This document shows positions 24,900 through 37,960 of a stretch of 64,000 nt of DNA, one piece after another. Position 1 is the stretch's first letter. Each line of letters opens with the position of its first letter. The notes under the pieces are model-generated. The model searched no databases, was not told where the DNA came from, and saw only the letters and a program-made list of their open reading frames with translations. Source of the stretch: Octopus sinensis. Its lineage: Eukaryota. The stretch lies in assembly GCF_006345805.1 (NCBI RefSeq), contig NC_042999.1, positions 144,398,001 to 144,462,000 of the forward strand, written 5' to 3'. The translations under genes were made by a program, and so were the position numbers.

Positions 24900-25979
24900 A
24901 CCAACACCCACCCCCACGAAAAGAACCATTATGATCCTAGTCTTGTCTGTTTATATATGTCTATGGGTCTGAGTGTGTGCCTACGTTTTGCAAGTGAGTG
25001 TATCTGTTACTGAGTCTGCGTGCGCCAGTATCTATGTACTAAGTATAGGTAAAAGTAGTAGGTGTATTATACCGAGTATTAACTGGAGATCGTTCCCTCC
25101 CTCTTACTCTCTTTTTCGCCAACACTCACACATACACACTTCCTCCCACTAATGCTCGTTATATATATATATATTCTTTACAATCCGTAAAACCTCGCGT
25201 CAATGTCGAAGTCAAACCATAAATTCCAGCAACTAGAACCACTGCTACTGTCTTTCCAAAGACATTTCCTGTTGCTTCGCCTATAGTCACTTCCGTTTGG
25301 CGCAATATTACAGATTCTGTTGATACTTACAACACTAACGCACTCACATTTCATAATTTTTTTTTTTTTTTTTTTTATAGATTGCTTTCTCTTCGGTTTT
25401 CGTAATATAAATGTTACTTTGGTTTCTTTTGCTTGTTGTGTTTTTTTTCTTTAAAATAATGTGTTGTTGTCTCTCTCTTGTTTGTTTTTCTCTTGTCACG
25501 CTGTTATTTCAAGACGATGTTGCCAATCATGATTATCACCCAATGACTGCTGGCTGCTTGGTTTTAAAGCATTGTAGCCATGTTTGTAGGCAAGCTAGCA
25601 ACGTTAAAAGCGAACGACAACTATATAAGACGACAGTAGGAGAAAATTATAAGGACTCGTATGATAAAATAACCCGACCTACTATAAAACGTCGATGTTT
25701 TCCCAACTCTTTCCTCGTGTATCCGTCCCCTAATAGCTCGGCCGGATGGTAAATGGGTGGGTGGTCAGCTCTAGCTCAAAGCCTCACTTCAAATCTCACT
25801 AGGTTGAGATTTTAGAAAATAGAAAAAAAATATTTATTACATACATATTTTTTACCAATATATTCTATACTCTTTCTACTTGTTAAATAAAATATGGAGA
25901 GAAAATAGCACCATTTTTCTCTCTCTACTTCCTGTATCTCCTCGCCGAGCCGTAACTGACCGAGTTAGTGTCAGACGAG
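24900..25979. promoter_or_regulatory. Putative bidirectional promoter between AAK1 (-) and ASH2L (+)
   Basis: Start codons about 1.9 kb apart, head to head. CpGs visibly more frequent at about 22-27 kb and few transposons there. ETS-like CACTTCCG (~25288) and ACTTCCTG (~25927), E2F-like TTTGGCGC (~25296), two CCAAT boxes (25523, 25540). Confidence 0.65.
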
Positions 25980-26071
25980 ATGTCAACACCGGGAGTTGAA
26001 GCATCAAGCATGGCCGAGAATAACGAAGAAAAAACTATTCCTTTAGAACAAAATAATTCCGAAAATCAAAG
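25980..26071 (+). CDS. ASH2L: ASH2L coding exon 1 (MSTPGVEASSMAENNEEKTIPLEQNNSENQ); alternative in-frame ATG at 26010
   Basis: ATG in CpG-richer region; AAG|GTATCC donor, phase 2, compatible with the exon at 31794. Confidence 0.8.
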
Positions 26072-28129
26072 GTATCCTCATATTTTCTTCTGTTTTTTTC
26101 ATAACCAACAATGTTTGATTGATTTATTGAACATTGCATCGAAAAAAGTATTCAAAACTAAAACAACTGTTATATGTATATATACATTGATTAGTTTGTT
26201 TGGGTTGCCGCCACTTGCTTGGCTGGTCAGTTTTTGAAATTGTAGAGCGGATCCATCAGTAAAATCTTCCTATATATTTAGTCGATTGTTTCTTCTTTAG
26301 CTCTATCATTTTCATTTATACTCACTCATTTTAGTTTTTCGATTCAATGTTTATAACATATTTTGTGTTTGAATTTCAGTTCAGTTTTTTTTTTCTTTTG
26401 GTTTGTTTACGAAACATACAGTTTATTACTACTATTATTTCGAACTCTTCATGTTTTAGAAGCTGAATTAATACCTTTGATTAATTTGTTATAAAGGGAA
26501 AGAAAGTTGTGGCATTCATGCGTTTCTGAATAATCAGTGCATCGTCGATGAAACAGTTCTAAATATTATTTAAAACAAGGATTGTACGCTTTCTTGGAGA
26601 AACTTAACCGCACAACGGAGCCGGTCACATTACTAATACATATTCTACTTGAAGCTAAGTTGGATTAGTTAATGTTAAGGAATGACTAATTTGACTCGGG
26701 GATACCAACTAAACAAAATATAATTTGGAGAACAAATAATTACAATTGTTAACTTTTTTCTCGTGAATTTGGATGATCGTGAAGTTTTCCTTTCAAAGTT
26801 GCGAGAGTGTTCAAAGGCTCGAAATACGAAATTTGCAAATGTTTAATGATCAAACGTTTGCTAACACATATAAACAACTTGTTTTCCGGAACGAACATAG
26901 TGGTTAGGTCTGCTAGAAATAACAGCAGAATGTTGGATCCAGACACACTGAACAAAGGACTTATGCGTGAGAAAGCTGAATTAAAGAAACTATAATGTTA
27001 GTAAACTGTCAAAATAAGTGCCGGGATAATATTTACTTGTCACCTTTTAAAGTATTGGCGGCATAATTTAAAGAGAAACTGAAACCGGTTCTCGTACTTG
27101 ACTCGCAGTAACTTTATCTCGGTATCGAATTGCTCGACAAAATCTTAGATATGCCATCTCCAAAATTACCAATATACTTCGACTGTTAGACCAGAAATAC
27201 TCTCCTGCCACCCGATAAATTGAATGCCGTTAGCGATGACCTACAGAAGTTCAGGCTGGACATCAACCACATTGATCACACCAATTCGGAAGGGCTTTGC
27301 TAAGGTTATTATGGATTGTCGTTGTTATCTTTCTCTTGTTGCCAATCATGATTATCATCCAATGACTGCTGGCTGTCATGGAATCAGTGTCTACAATTAA
27401 AAGGTTGTAAAAGAAAATGTATCTACCAAACTTAGTCGAAGAAAGAATACAGCTCCATTACTATCTCAGATGGGTCCAGAAAAATAGTAGGGAATTCTAT
27501 ACAATGTACCTAATGTAAACTATGTATGCATGAGAGATGCAATGGGATCACAGGTTTAATGACATAGAATGTTGCAGTTGAACGAGTGATAGCAGTATTA
27601 GTACTATGAGTTCAAAGCTTTTGTTACCAAGGTAACCTAATCAACAGTGGAAGTGTATGTTCCAAAAGCATAGTAACCAAGAGTTAGACCCGGGTGTAAA
27701 ACGTTAAGAGAGTTATCACTGTAAGAAAGTGATTCTCTTGTAAAAAGCAGATCGTCAGGTGTTTGTGCACAAAGTATGATGTTTCCTGGTAGTGAAATGT
27801 GCATTGAATGCAAAAGATGTATAAAAGCTAGAAAGTAATGAACCAAACATATTTTAGGGTACATAAATATTGGGATAAAAACAGAGAAAACCTAGAATAA
27901 GAAGAATCAAATGCACTGTACAAAAGAAATACTGCAGGACATGATGTTTTTGGTGGATGATAGTGAGTGAATAAATACCAAGCAGTTCACTAGAAGAAAC
28001 ACATTTAAGAGGAAGACATGGAAAGAAGTGAAGGCTGATATCATGATGATGAACCTCACTTAGACAATGACAAGTAGCAAGACATGGTGCTAGAAAAGAC
28101 CTCTCAAACTCAAACAAGCATGCTAAAAA

Positions 28130-29075
28130 ATCATCATTTAGCATCCATTGTCCATACTGACATGAGTTGGACAGTTTGACCAGGGCTGGTAAGCTAAGGG
28201 ACTCCAGTTTGATTTGGCATGGTTTCTATAATTAGATGCCCTTCCTAACGCCAACCACTCCAAGAGTCATGGGTGCTTTTATGCACCACCGGTATGGGTA
28301 CCAGTTGCATGGCACCAGTATCTGCCACGACTATGATTTCACTTGGATTGATGGGTCTTCTCAAGCACAGCATAATGCCAAAGGTCTAAGTCATCTATCA
28401 TTGCTTCCATGAGGCCCAACACTTGAAAGGTGTTTTTACATGCCACTAGCACTGGTGCCAGTTATGCAACACCAGCATTGGCCACGATGCAGGTCTTCTC
28501 AAGCACAGCATATCGCCAAAGGTCTCCATCACTAGTCAGTATCTCCATGAAGCCCAGAGTTTGAAGATCATGCTTCACCACCTCATCCCATGTCTTCCTG
28601 AGTCTACCTCTTTCACAGGTTCCCTCCACAGTTAGAGGTCAGCACTTCTTTACACATCTGTCCTCATCCTTATGCATCACATGATCATACCAGTGCAGTC
28701 ATCTCTCTTGCACATCACATCTGATGTCTCTTACGCCCAACTTTTCTCATAAAATGCTTGTACTCTGTCATACATGCACACTGACATTGTATATCCAGCG
28801 AAGCATGCTGGTTCCATTTCTTTCAAGCCTACACATAACCTCAGCTGTCAGAGCCCATGTTTGCTGTGTAGCATAGCTGTTTGCACACAGGCATCATACA
28901 GACTACCTTTAACTCTGAGGGAGAGGCCCTTTGTTGCCAACAGAAGTAGGAGTTTACTGAACTTTTACCAGCCTATTCTTATTCTCACAGCTTTGCTCTT
29001 GGAGCACCCACCTCCGCTACTAACTTGGTCACCTAAATAATGGAAGCTATCTAATACCTCGCTTACCCCCCTGGT
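28130..29075 (-). mobile_element. Decayed RTE LINE 3' fragment
   Basis: Homologous to 9479-10530. Confidence 0.85.
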
Positions 29076-29359
29076 AAAAACAAGATGTAAAATAATGATA
29101 AGTAAATTAGTTTTTCATACCCATCTTTATATGTGTGTGTGTGTGTGTCGTTTTTTGGACCAATGGGTATATGTCCGGTAGTGTGTGGAGTAAAGCACAT
29201 TCAGTTTGGGCTACCTGGTGTCATCCACAATTGAGGTGTATATCTGCTGGATCTACATCAAGAATTCCACAGTGTTAGTTGAGGTAATGATAACTGAAGG
29301 AGACGGAAGATAGATTTACTGCTAAATCTGTCCGCCATCTCCTTCATCAATTATTATTA

Positions 29360-30160
29360 TTATCATCATCATCATCATCATTCATTTAGCGTCCGTTTTC
29401 CATGCTAGCATGGGTTGGACGGTTCAACTGGGGTCTGGGGAGCCCGAAGGCTGCACCAGGCCAGTCATATATTCATATAGTTATCATCATCATCAATTAT
29501 TGTCCATGCTGGCATGGATTGGACTGTTTGACCAGAGCTGGGAAGCTGCACCAGACTCCAGTCTGATTTGGCATGGTTTCTACTGTTGGATGCTCTTCCT
29601 AACACCAACCACTTTACAGAGTGTGCTAGGTACTTTTACATGGCACCACCAGAAGGATCAATCTTAACACTTCTGCTGCAGGGTACAGGTCATCATGAGT
29701 ACAGCCAGGTACTAGGTATCTTGGTCATCTCATTTGAAAGGCTCAGCTTCCTGAGGTCACTATTCTTCATCCTATGTCTTCTGGGTCTCCCACTTCCAAG
29801 TGTTCCATCAACTTTGAGAGATCATAACTTCTTTATGGAGCTGTCAGCAACCAATTCCTCTTGTGCCTAACTTCTCTCTTAGAACACTGGTACTCTGTCA
29901 AACATGTACACTTACATTACACATCCAGCAAGCATACTAGCCTCAGTTCTTTCTAATCTTCACATGTCCTCTGGCCTGTGCTGGTGGCACGTAAAAAGCA
30001 CCCACTACACTCATGGAGTGGTTGGCGTTAGGAAGGGCATCCAGCTGTAGAAACATTGCCAGATCAGATTGGAGCCTAGTGCAGCCACTAGCTTTCCGGA
30101 CCTCAGTTAAACCGTCCAATCCATGCCAGCATGGAAAACAGATGTTAAACGTTGATAATG
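29360..30160. mobile_element. Cluster of RTE tails: minus 29360-29465 and 29485-29970, plus 29972-30160
   Basis: Family tail sequence in both orientations. Confidence 0.8.
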
Positions 30161-30360
30161 AGCATTACAGGTGCTGAAATGAGAGATTATAAGTATGAAT
30201 GATAGGGAGAAGAGAATGGGGAAGGTAAGGACAGGTAAAGTGATAAGGATATTGCAATAAGGCCTAGTGAATAGTGGAGGTAGCAAAGTGATGGGGATGG
30301 TGGTATCTGTGGTGTGTGTACATGCATGCATGCATGCACTTTCACATACACACATACATC

Positions 30361-30841
30361 TCTTTGAAGAACATCTCTCTTTAGACACGTGTTCACAACA
30401 CACTCAATTCGTTGATGTGTGGAGATTTTGAGACACCTCACTGTTTCAACCTGGCTGTGTCTCTTCAGTCAAACCTACCCCTCAGGTCAATGAACCGAAA
30501 CAAGAGTGATGGCTCTTGTTTATAGAAATCAGTGAACATTTTTCTGGTACATGCTGCTGTCTTCCAAACTGATATCTTATCACATGCATACAGAACAGTG
30601 GTAGGCACATGAGGATTTGTCATCAGTTTGGCAGGTATATATCAACAAATGATTAATTTGCTGATTTCTATAAACAAGAGCCACCACTCTTGTTTAGATT
30701 CATTGATCTGTGGATAGCTTAGATAGAAGAGAGACTCAGCCAGGTCAAAACACCACGGTGTCACAAAGTTCCCTTACATCAGTGGATCAATAGTCTTTGG
30801 AGAACATCTCTTCCGGAGGGGAAAAGATGTTCTCCAAAGAC
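30361..30841. repeat. ~480-bp degenerate palindrome (MITE- or foldback-like)
   Basis: Ends tctttgaagaacatct and agatgttctccaaaga; internal arms such as ggctcttgtttatagaaatcag / ctgatttctataaacaagagcc. Confidence 0.7.
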
Positions 30842-31793
30842 AAAATACAACAGCAATTAGTAGTCATATTCAGGTCTGTGAGAACATATTAAGAATGAAT
30901 AAGTTTGTCAATATCACTCTTATGTGTACACATAATTTATTGATTTCAAACTTTTGTCTTGTTATCAAAATGATAGACATCAACATGGCTTGGGCTAGTG
31001 CTTGTTGTTTTCATGTATCAGTAATTCACATCACCAGTCAGCAGATGTAAACCAACCAACACAGGTGCTATGTTATAGATTGCCAGAATAGAACTGAAGA
31101 ATGACTACTCACACAAAAAAATATATTGCATTCTCTGAAACTATTAGAGTCACTGTTGTGGTTGGGGGTTTTATATTATTTCCCCTCACACATTGTCATC
31201 TTGTTGTCATAGTTATTATATTTACTATTTACCCTTTATGTCATTTTTATATAACCAACCACCACAAACTGAAGAAGCTACTCAGCATGCTCCATGGAGC
31301 AGCCAGTATTCCCCAACAAACTTCTCTTCATCTTTAAGAAATAGAGCATATGTTTTAAAGCCTAAGTTTTGACAATAAGCGCCACAATAAATTTGAGCTG
31401 GTCACTGCTAAAATATGAATAGAATGATCATTTCAAAGTAAACCACTAGATATTTTACAGCTGCATACCCGTAGTGTTTCATCTGTGAGTTTACCACTAG
31501 GTATTTGATCAATTAACTCTATTATACATGTACTCAGAGTTAAACCAGTCTACTAAATAACACTAAACCATTTTATTCAAGTTGCATTCATTTGGTTTAC
31601 ACTAAAGCAACAATCTAACTTTTAATTACTTAATATGTATATCTGCATCTCTATCTAGCAGTGGAGTGAACCACAGAGGTTGAAGAACTAGTGTTTTAGT
31701 ATGGTGCCATAATTTATTTTATTTATTTATTTACTTATTACAGCTTGCAAATTTCTTTTCACTTTTTATAACCCTGCCTTGCATCCATTACAG

Positions 31794-32218
31794 TTCCAAA
31801 ACTGGTGATTCTTCGGAAGAAACTGTTGCTGAAGTTGCATCCAGTAAGAAAGAAGAGAGTGAAAAGAAAGAGGAAACACCCAAAGAATCTGAAAATCAGG
31901 AAGATATGGAGGTCGAGAGTAAATCATTAGACAAAAACAGTGAGAACAACAACAATAAGAAAGACACTGAATCATCAGAACAGCCACAGCTACCAACCAC
32001 ACCACCACCTCCACCTCCAAATGAAACTGAAACACCACCTCCACCACCACCTGATGACTCCCCATCCATGGAAACTGAAGTAGATAATGCGCCCGACACA
32101 CCAGCTACCATCCCTGCCACACCAGTGGCTGCAGATATGGTTGACCTTTCAGAAATGGAGACTGACATGAACACAGCCTCAAAATCAAACGATACTGATG
32201 AAACAACATCCCAAACAG
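31794..32218 (+). CDS. ASH2L: ASH2L coding exon 2, acidic and Pro-rich low-complexity region
   Basis: ttacag acceptor, 425-nt open frame (includes ORF 31906-32262, PTTPPPPPPNETETPPPPPPDD), CAG|GTAATG donor; phases 2 to 1. Confidence 0.88.
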
Positions 32219-32289
32219 GTAATGGTCTTCAAGGGAAAAATGAGGTTGTTGATGTTTGGTAGTTTTGTTTTTTTAGAGCATTTTGTTCA

Positions 32290-32909
32290 TCTATATATAT
32301 AAAACTCAACTTGTGTGTCTGTGTGTTTAACTTCCCGGCACATCTCCTCCTAGTCAACAAATCATAGAACCACCAAAAATGGGTCACTTAAAGTTTAGGC
32401 GAATGAAAATTGAACTGTGCTATTTCTGTTCCGAAATTCATCTCGCAAGTGCAAAAATCGATAATGTGTTTGTTTAGGCCTTATCCCATGCATTGAATAG
32501 TGAACTTTACTCAGTCAACTGTTTGGCGTGAACTGTGTTCACCACGCATGCAAGCATGCGTAAATTGCATGAAAAATAAAAAATCAAGATATAAAAACCA
32601 ATTCGGCAAAGAAATGAATATTCGGAGGGTATATTCGTATTAATCATTTGGACTTTGTGAACACATACCAATTGTTTTCATAACATTTTTAACGCTTTGA
32701 ATTAAATGTGACCATTTTGCATTGAGTCTGCAGTTTGAATCACTTTAACCAAATTTTAGCAGGCCAGATTTTTGATCATCATGATACATCGCCAGCGACT
32801 CCCTGAAATCCCCGTTGAGAAATCTATTTTATATATAATAATACTTTGAATGTGACTCCTGAGAAAGAGTAAAAGTAATTATCCGATGAACGACGGGTAT
32901 TACTGCTAG
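32290..32909 (+). mobile_element. Complete non-autonomous Helitron (620 bp)
   Basis: A|TCTATATATATAAAA 5' end, subterminal hairpin atccg..cgggt (32881-32898), CTAG|T 3' end, inserted at an AT dinucleotide. Confidence 0.8.
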
Positions 32910-33452
32910 TATACAATAATATGCAGCACCTGTGATAATGAGCAACATAAATCTGGAAAAAGTATCTTTCAAGTATGATACACTATTACTTTTGTTTAGT
33001 ATTCTGATGTATGAAAAAAAGAGTAGTTATCCAGATTATTATAATTCTAAAATACTTAGAAAAATTTCACATATCCTAAACAAAATAAAATGCTAATTGA
33101 AAAGTGACCTTTGAACAGTGTATGTTAAAAAAGTGCACCTGCTGCAAAATCAACACTGTGCAAATGACACAATTATTTCTTTTTCCATTATTTTTTCTCC
33201 CATGTAGCACACAAATATATACAATATATTAGATTGTATTAGTTAATGATCACAGGTCAACTTTCAGTACATCATCATTTATTGTCAATATCAGAAATGA
33301 TAGCTCTCTTTACCCTATGATTAATTACGTTTGCCAGTTTGCATTCTATTACTAACCAGTACCCCAGGTTCATAACTAATCACCTTAATTCTCAACACTG
33401 ATCTCTCTCTCTCTCTCTCTCTCATAATAATTAAAGTTTTCATACCTGTCAG

Positions 33453-33684
33453 GTGCTGAAGATGTTGAATCATCCCAAACCAATGCAGATAGCTTTGATG
33501 AAGAGAACACAGACTACACTGCTGGGAAAGCTGCACAGTTTGGTGAAAGGAGAATAAGCGATCAGACTAAAGACACTAAAATGGACTCATCAGAATCAAA
33601 AAGTTCAGAATTTGATGCGGACCCTGATAAAAGATCTGTAAAAGAGTCAGACGCAGAACCAGTTAAAAATCCACAATGTTACTG
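33453..33684 (+). CDS. ASH2L: ASH2L coding exon 3, ending ...PVKNPQCY(C)
   Basis: tgtcag acceptor, 232-nt open frame, TG|GTGAGT donor; phases 1 to 2; begins the PHD finger. Confidence 0.9.
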
Positions 33685-34469
33685 GTGAGTTTAAAGTTGA
33701 AATTTTTTATTGGCTTTGTCAGAGGGAAAAGGATGGTTTTATAACCTTTCTCAATGTCTCTGAGACTGATGGAGATAAAGTTATCCTTAGACTGGAAGCC
33801 AGGTGCAAATGCTTGCAGCAGAATAGGTTCTGTTAAAGGCTCACATGTATTAGGTGATGATCTTTAACCAGGAAAACTTCTTAGCCACACAGCCATAGCT
33901 CCTCCCTTGAATATAATTGTGAACAGTTCATTGATTGGATTCATCAAAGATGAATAGACCATCATCTGGTTTACATGAATAATTACATTCACTGGATTGG
34001 CTTATAATTCTCAAAAGAATCCATTGTGATAATGTATGCTTTACAGCCACTTAGAATTATTTTCAAGTTCAAGATTTATGAATACTTGCACTTTAATAAT
34101 GTTATAAGTGCTATATGTAATCTGATCTGAAAGAAATAGGAAATTTCATAACAGGTAGGTGCAGATACGACTGTGTGGCTAAGAAGTTTGCTTTGAAACC
34201 AAGTAGTTTGGAGACTAGTCCCATTATGTGGATGCTGCCATCTGGTGTCCTGTACTTTAGATGTGAATTGACTAATACTTCATGATGAAATTGGTAGTTG
34301 GAAACTGAAAAAGCTTATAATGTTATCATCATCATTACCTTCCTTTAACACCCACCTTCCATGAAAGAATGGGTTGGACATATGTATATATATATGTGTG
34401 TGTGTCTATGTATAGATGCTTATATGAGTGATCTTGTATTTCCCCTCATCTTGTGTGTTTGCTAGTTAT

Positions 34470-34830
34470 AAACAAGAAATGCAGATAGTATGGTGTTTGT
34501 GTAAGGGCATCCATACTACATGATAGCAAGATATAGACCATGAATGCAGAGAATATGCAAAGATTAGAAAGAAATGAAACGTGCATGTTCTGTTGAATGT
34601 GTAAAGTCAGTATGCATAAACAACAAAGTACACATGTTGAAAACTTGAGCATAAGAAGTATCAGAAGGGATGTACAAGAGAGAAGACTGCACTAATATAA
34701 TCATGTGATGCATATTGATGAAAATAACTGCCAATTGCTAAATGTAGATGGAGCTTATGGAAGAAGGAAACTCAGGAAGACAAGTAACACAATAATGAAT
34801 ACTAATCTCAGGAGAGAATGACAAAGGACC
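34470..34830 (+). mobile_element. Old RTE C-terminal fragment
   Basis: Degenerate RLERNE...VQERRLH...GRRKLRKT. Confidence 0.65.
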
Positions 34831-37165
34831 AAAATTGTTGGCCAGTCACACATTGTCTATGTCTCTATCAAGCCCTCTCTATGACTCATCTTCCTTATAC
34901 TTTAATTATATGAGAACAAAAATACACATATCTCATCCCTTTTTGCATTACCAGTTATCCCTCTCTTTGGAACCACTTCCTTTTCTCACCTGTCCTACAT
35001 TCTCAATATCATCCTTTCCTACTTTATTTTCCATTCAACACCCCTTCCTATGAGCTACATTTTATGGCTGCCACATTTCATGCGTAACACCCTTTCATAA
35101 CTACTATCATTCTCAATACCCTTAATATCAGACCTTTGTTTGTCACTCACTATGTCCACCCCCACATACCTCTAAACCTCCATCTCTGTCACTGGTATTC
35201 ACCATCAACCATACTTCCACACCAGTCCACCATTCACTGCATCCACCTTTGACCCCATAACAAGCCATCTTTCACACTCTTATAAACTTGCCCACCACTC
35301 CTTCCAGTCCTCTGTCCCTTTTCTATCTTATATTTAGTTTTTCTACCTTTAGCATATACCCTGACACCTCATCACCACCATTTTTTTCTCACTTTCTAAC
35401 TCAGTTAGCTATGTATCTCCTCAATATCAAGACACCTGTTCCTCCTTCTCACTCTTACTTTAATCTCTCAGCACTCACTCAGTTGAGGGATTTTGTCTTG
35501 TGAGCTATTTAAGGACCTCACTAGTGCTGATGCCACAAAAAACAACAACACAAAATACACTCTGTAAAGAGGTTGCCATTAAGAACGGCATCAAGCAGAG
35601 ATTGGGGCTTGATGCAGCCTTCTGATTTGTCAGATCCTATCAAACCATCCAAGCATGGAATATAAATGTTGAATTATGATGGCAGTGGCAGCAACTATTC
35701 TTTTGGCTGTTTTCTATTGCCTTTATCCCATCACATACTCTTACCTTTGCTATTATCAATCACAATCTCTAGATTCCACACAAAAATTCTGCCTTTTCTA
35801 TTATACTCTTGCTCCTTCCACTTAGTCATTTTTGTCTTTCTACTATCATCATTCTCTTTCCTGTTTCTTTCCTTGGCCTACACATCTTAGGTTACTGACT
35901 TCTCAACATTTATTTAGTACAAGATATACCCCTTCCTTTGCTGATGCGACAGTGGAAAGCACCTCTTCTGCTGCATTGTCTCTGAATGGTAAATGAGATA
36001 ACCTCTAGTGCTGTGCCATGAAAAATGCACCCACAATACACTGCAAAGTGATTGGCAAGTGAGCAGAGAAAGTGTGATCTCCTTTTAATACTGTCTCAAG
36101 GAGATATCAACCTCTGCAGTATTGATGCAAAAGAAAATACACCCAGTACCCTATATAAAATGGCTGACAATAGAAAGGGCATTCAGCGGCAGAAACTAAG
36201 CTAAGATGCTACATACAAGCACCAGTTTACGATAGCTGCAGTTCCTAATGAGAATTGACTTTGACTTAATTCCACAACTGCCAACAAGGAAAGCGCAAAT
36301 GTTAAATGTTGATGATGATGACATTAGTTAGAAAGGTGGAGCAAAGTACTAAAAGACTAAAAGATAAGAAAGAAAGGTTTTAGAAAACAACTATGTTGAG
36401 ATGAATATTTAACCTTCATTTTCTGCAAGTATAATTCTTAATTCATCAATTACAGCTATAATTTTTTTATATGGAAATAATCGTTTTGAACTGTTATTTA
36501 TTTACCTGTTGAGTAAAATCCTGTACACACACTTTTTTTTTAACATATCTGCTTGGTTCAATCTCAGCTCAAAGTTGGTCACATAATTCTGAAAGAGTCA
36601 CAAGACAAAAGTTTTCTGTATTTGAAATATGTGATAGAGGGTAAAAATATTCATGAATGTTATACAATATATCGTAATTATTACCGTCCAACCCATGCCA
36701 GCATGGAAAGCGAACATTAAACAATGATGATGATGATTAGAGAGGTCACATCACAGCATTTACTACAAACAATATCTGGGGAATGTTACCCAACTATCAA
36801 ATGTTAATTTTATTTATTTATTATTTAAAAATTCAAAATGTAGCACAGATGATTTATGATTTGATAAAAATTTATTGCAATGGTATAAGTTTGGGAACCA
36901 CTGGTTTTGATATTTTATGTATTAGTATATACTGGTATAAATAAATGAAACTATACCTATTGCTTACCTCTAAACTTGTCTCAATTTCTTGGATTAGTTT
37001 CTTTTATTATTAATGAATTTTAATTTATCATAGGCAAAGGTATGGATGTGTGGTTGGGAATTTCACTTGATAACAATGTGGTTTCATGTTCAGTCTTGTC
37101 ACACAGCTCCTACTGTGATTCAGGCCAAACTGAATTTGGTGCGTGGCAATTGCAGTAAATATATA

Positions 37166-37226
<61 letters not shown>

Positions 37227-37619
37227 TTACTGCAATGCCATACACACACACACACACATACACAACAGTAGAGAGAAGGATTAGCTTGACAATAGAAAAA
37301 GCATCTGACTCTAGAAAACTCGCCTAAATGAAGTCCATCTGGCTCATGCAAGTGTGGAGAAGTGTGATGATGATGTGTGTGTCTACATGCAAACTTACAT
37401 AAATGTTATTTCTTGTTTGTCACCACTTGGGAAAAACTGATGATGTTGACATTCTCTGTTGCCATAATGACTGGTTTGCTCTACATTTTCAAAACATCTG
37501 AAGTTAAATTTAAGAAAATACCTTGTTTGACAGGCCAAAAAGGCTTGGTGACAGGAAGGGCATCTGGCCATAAAATCCTACCTCAAATAACTAACTCGCT
37601 TATTTAGTCCATAGCTCCC

Positions 37620-37960
37620 TCCACTCCTGCCTCTTATGGATCTTCCCCATGTTCCTGGCCCCGTTGACCACCTTTTCATACCTTACCAATATAAATTCTC
37701 TCACAGGATCCAATCTTTGCACTTTTCTAAACTTCTGATTCCTGCATCTTAACCAGCATTATCTATTGCTCAACATGCATCCTGTGCAACACTTTGTACA
37801 TTAGTCAAACTAGCTGTCATTTAGCTGACCAATTCACACATCTTTGTGACATCAGACACAGAAACCAAACCTCTGGTGCTCACAATTTTCACTCTCTGAA
37901 CCACATAACACATCAGTATTTGGCCATAGACTGTGAAAACACAAAAGAACAAAAATTGGT
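37620..37960 (+). mobile_element. Penelope-like GIY-YIG endonuclease remnant
   Basis: SIIYCSTCILCNTLYISQTSCHLADQFTHLCDIRHRNQTSGAHNFHSLNH from ~37755. Confidence 0.7.
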
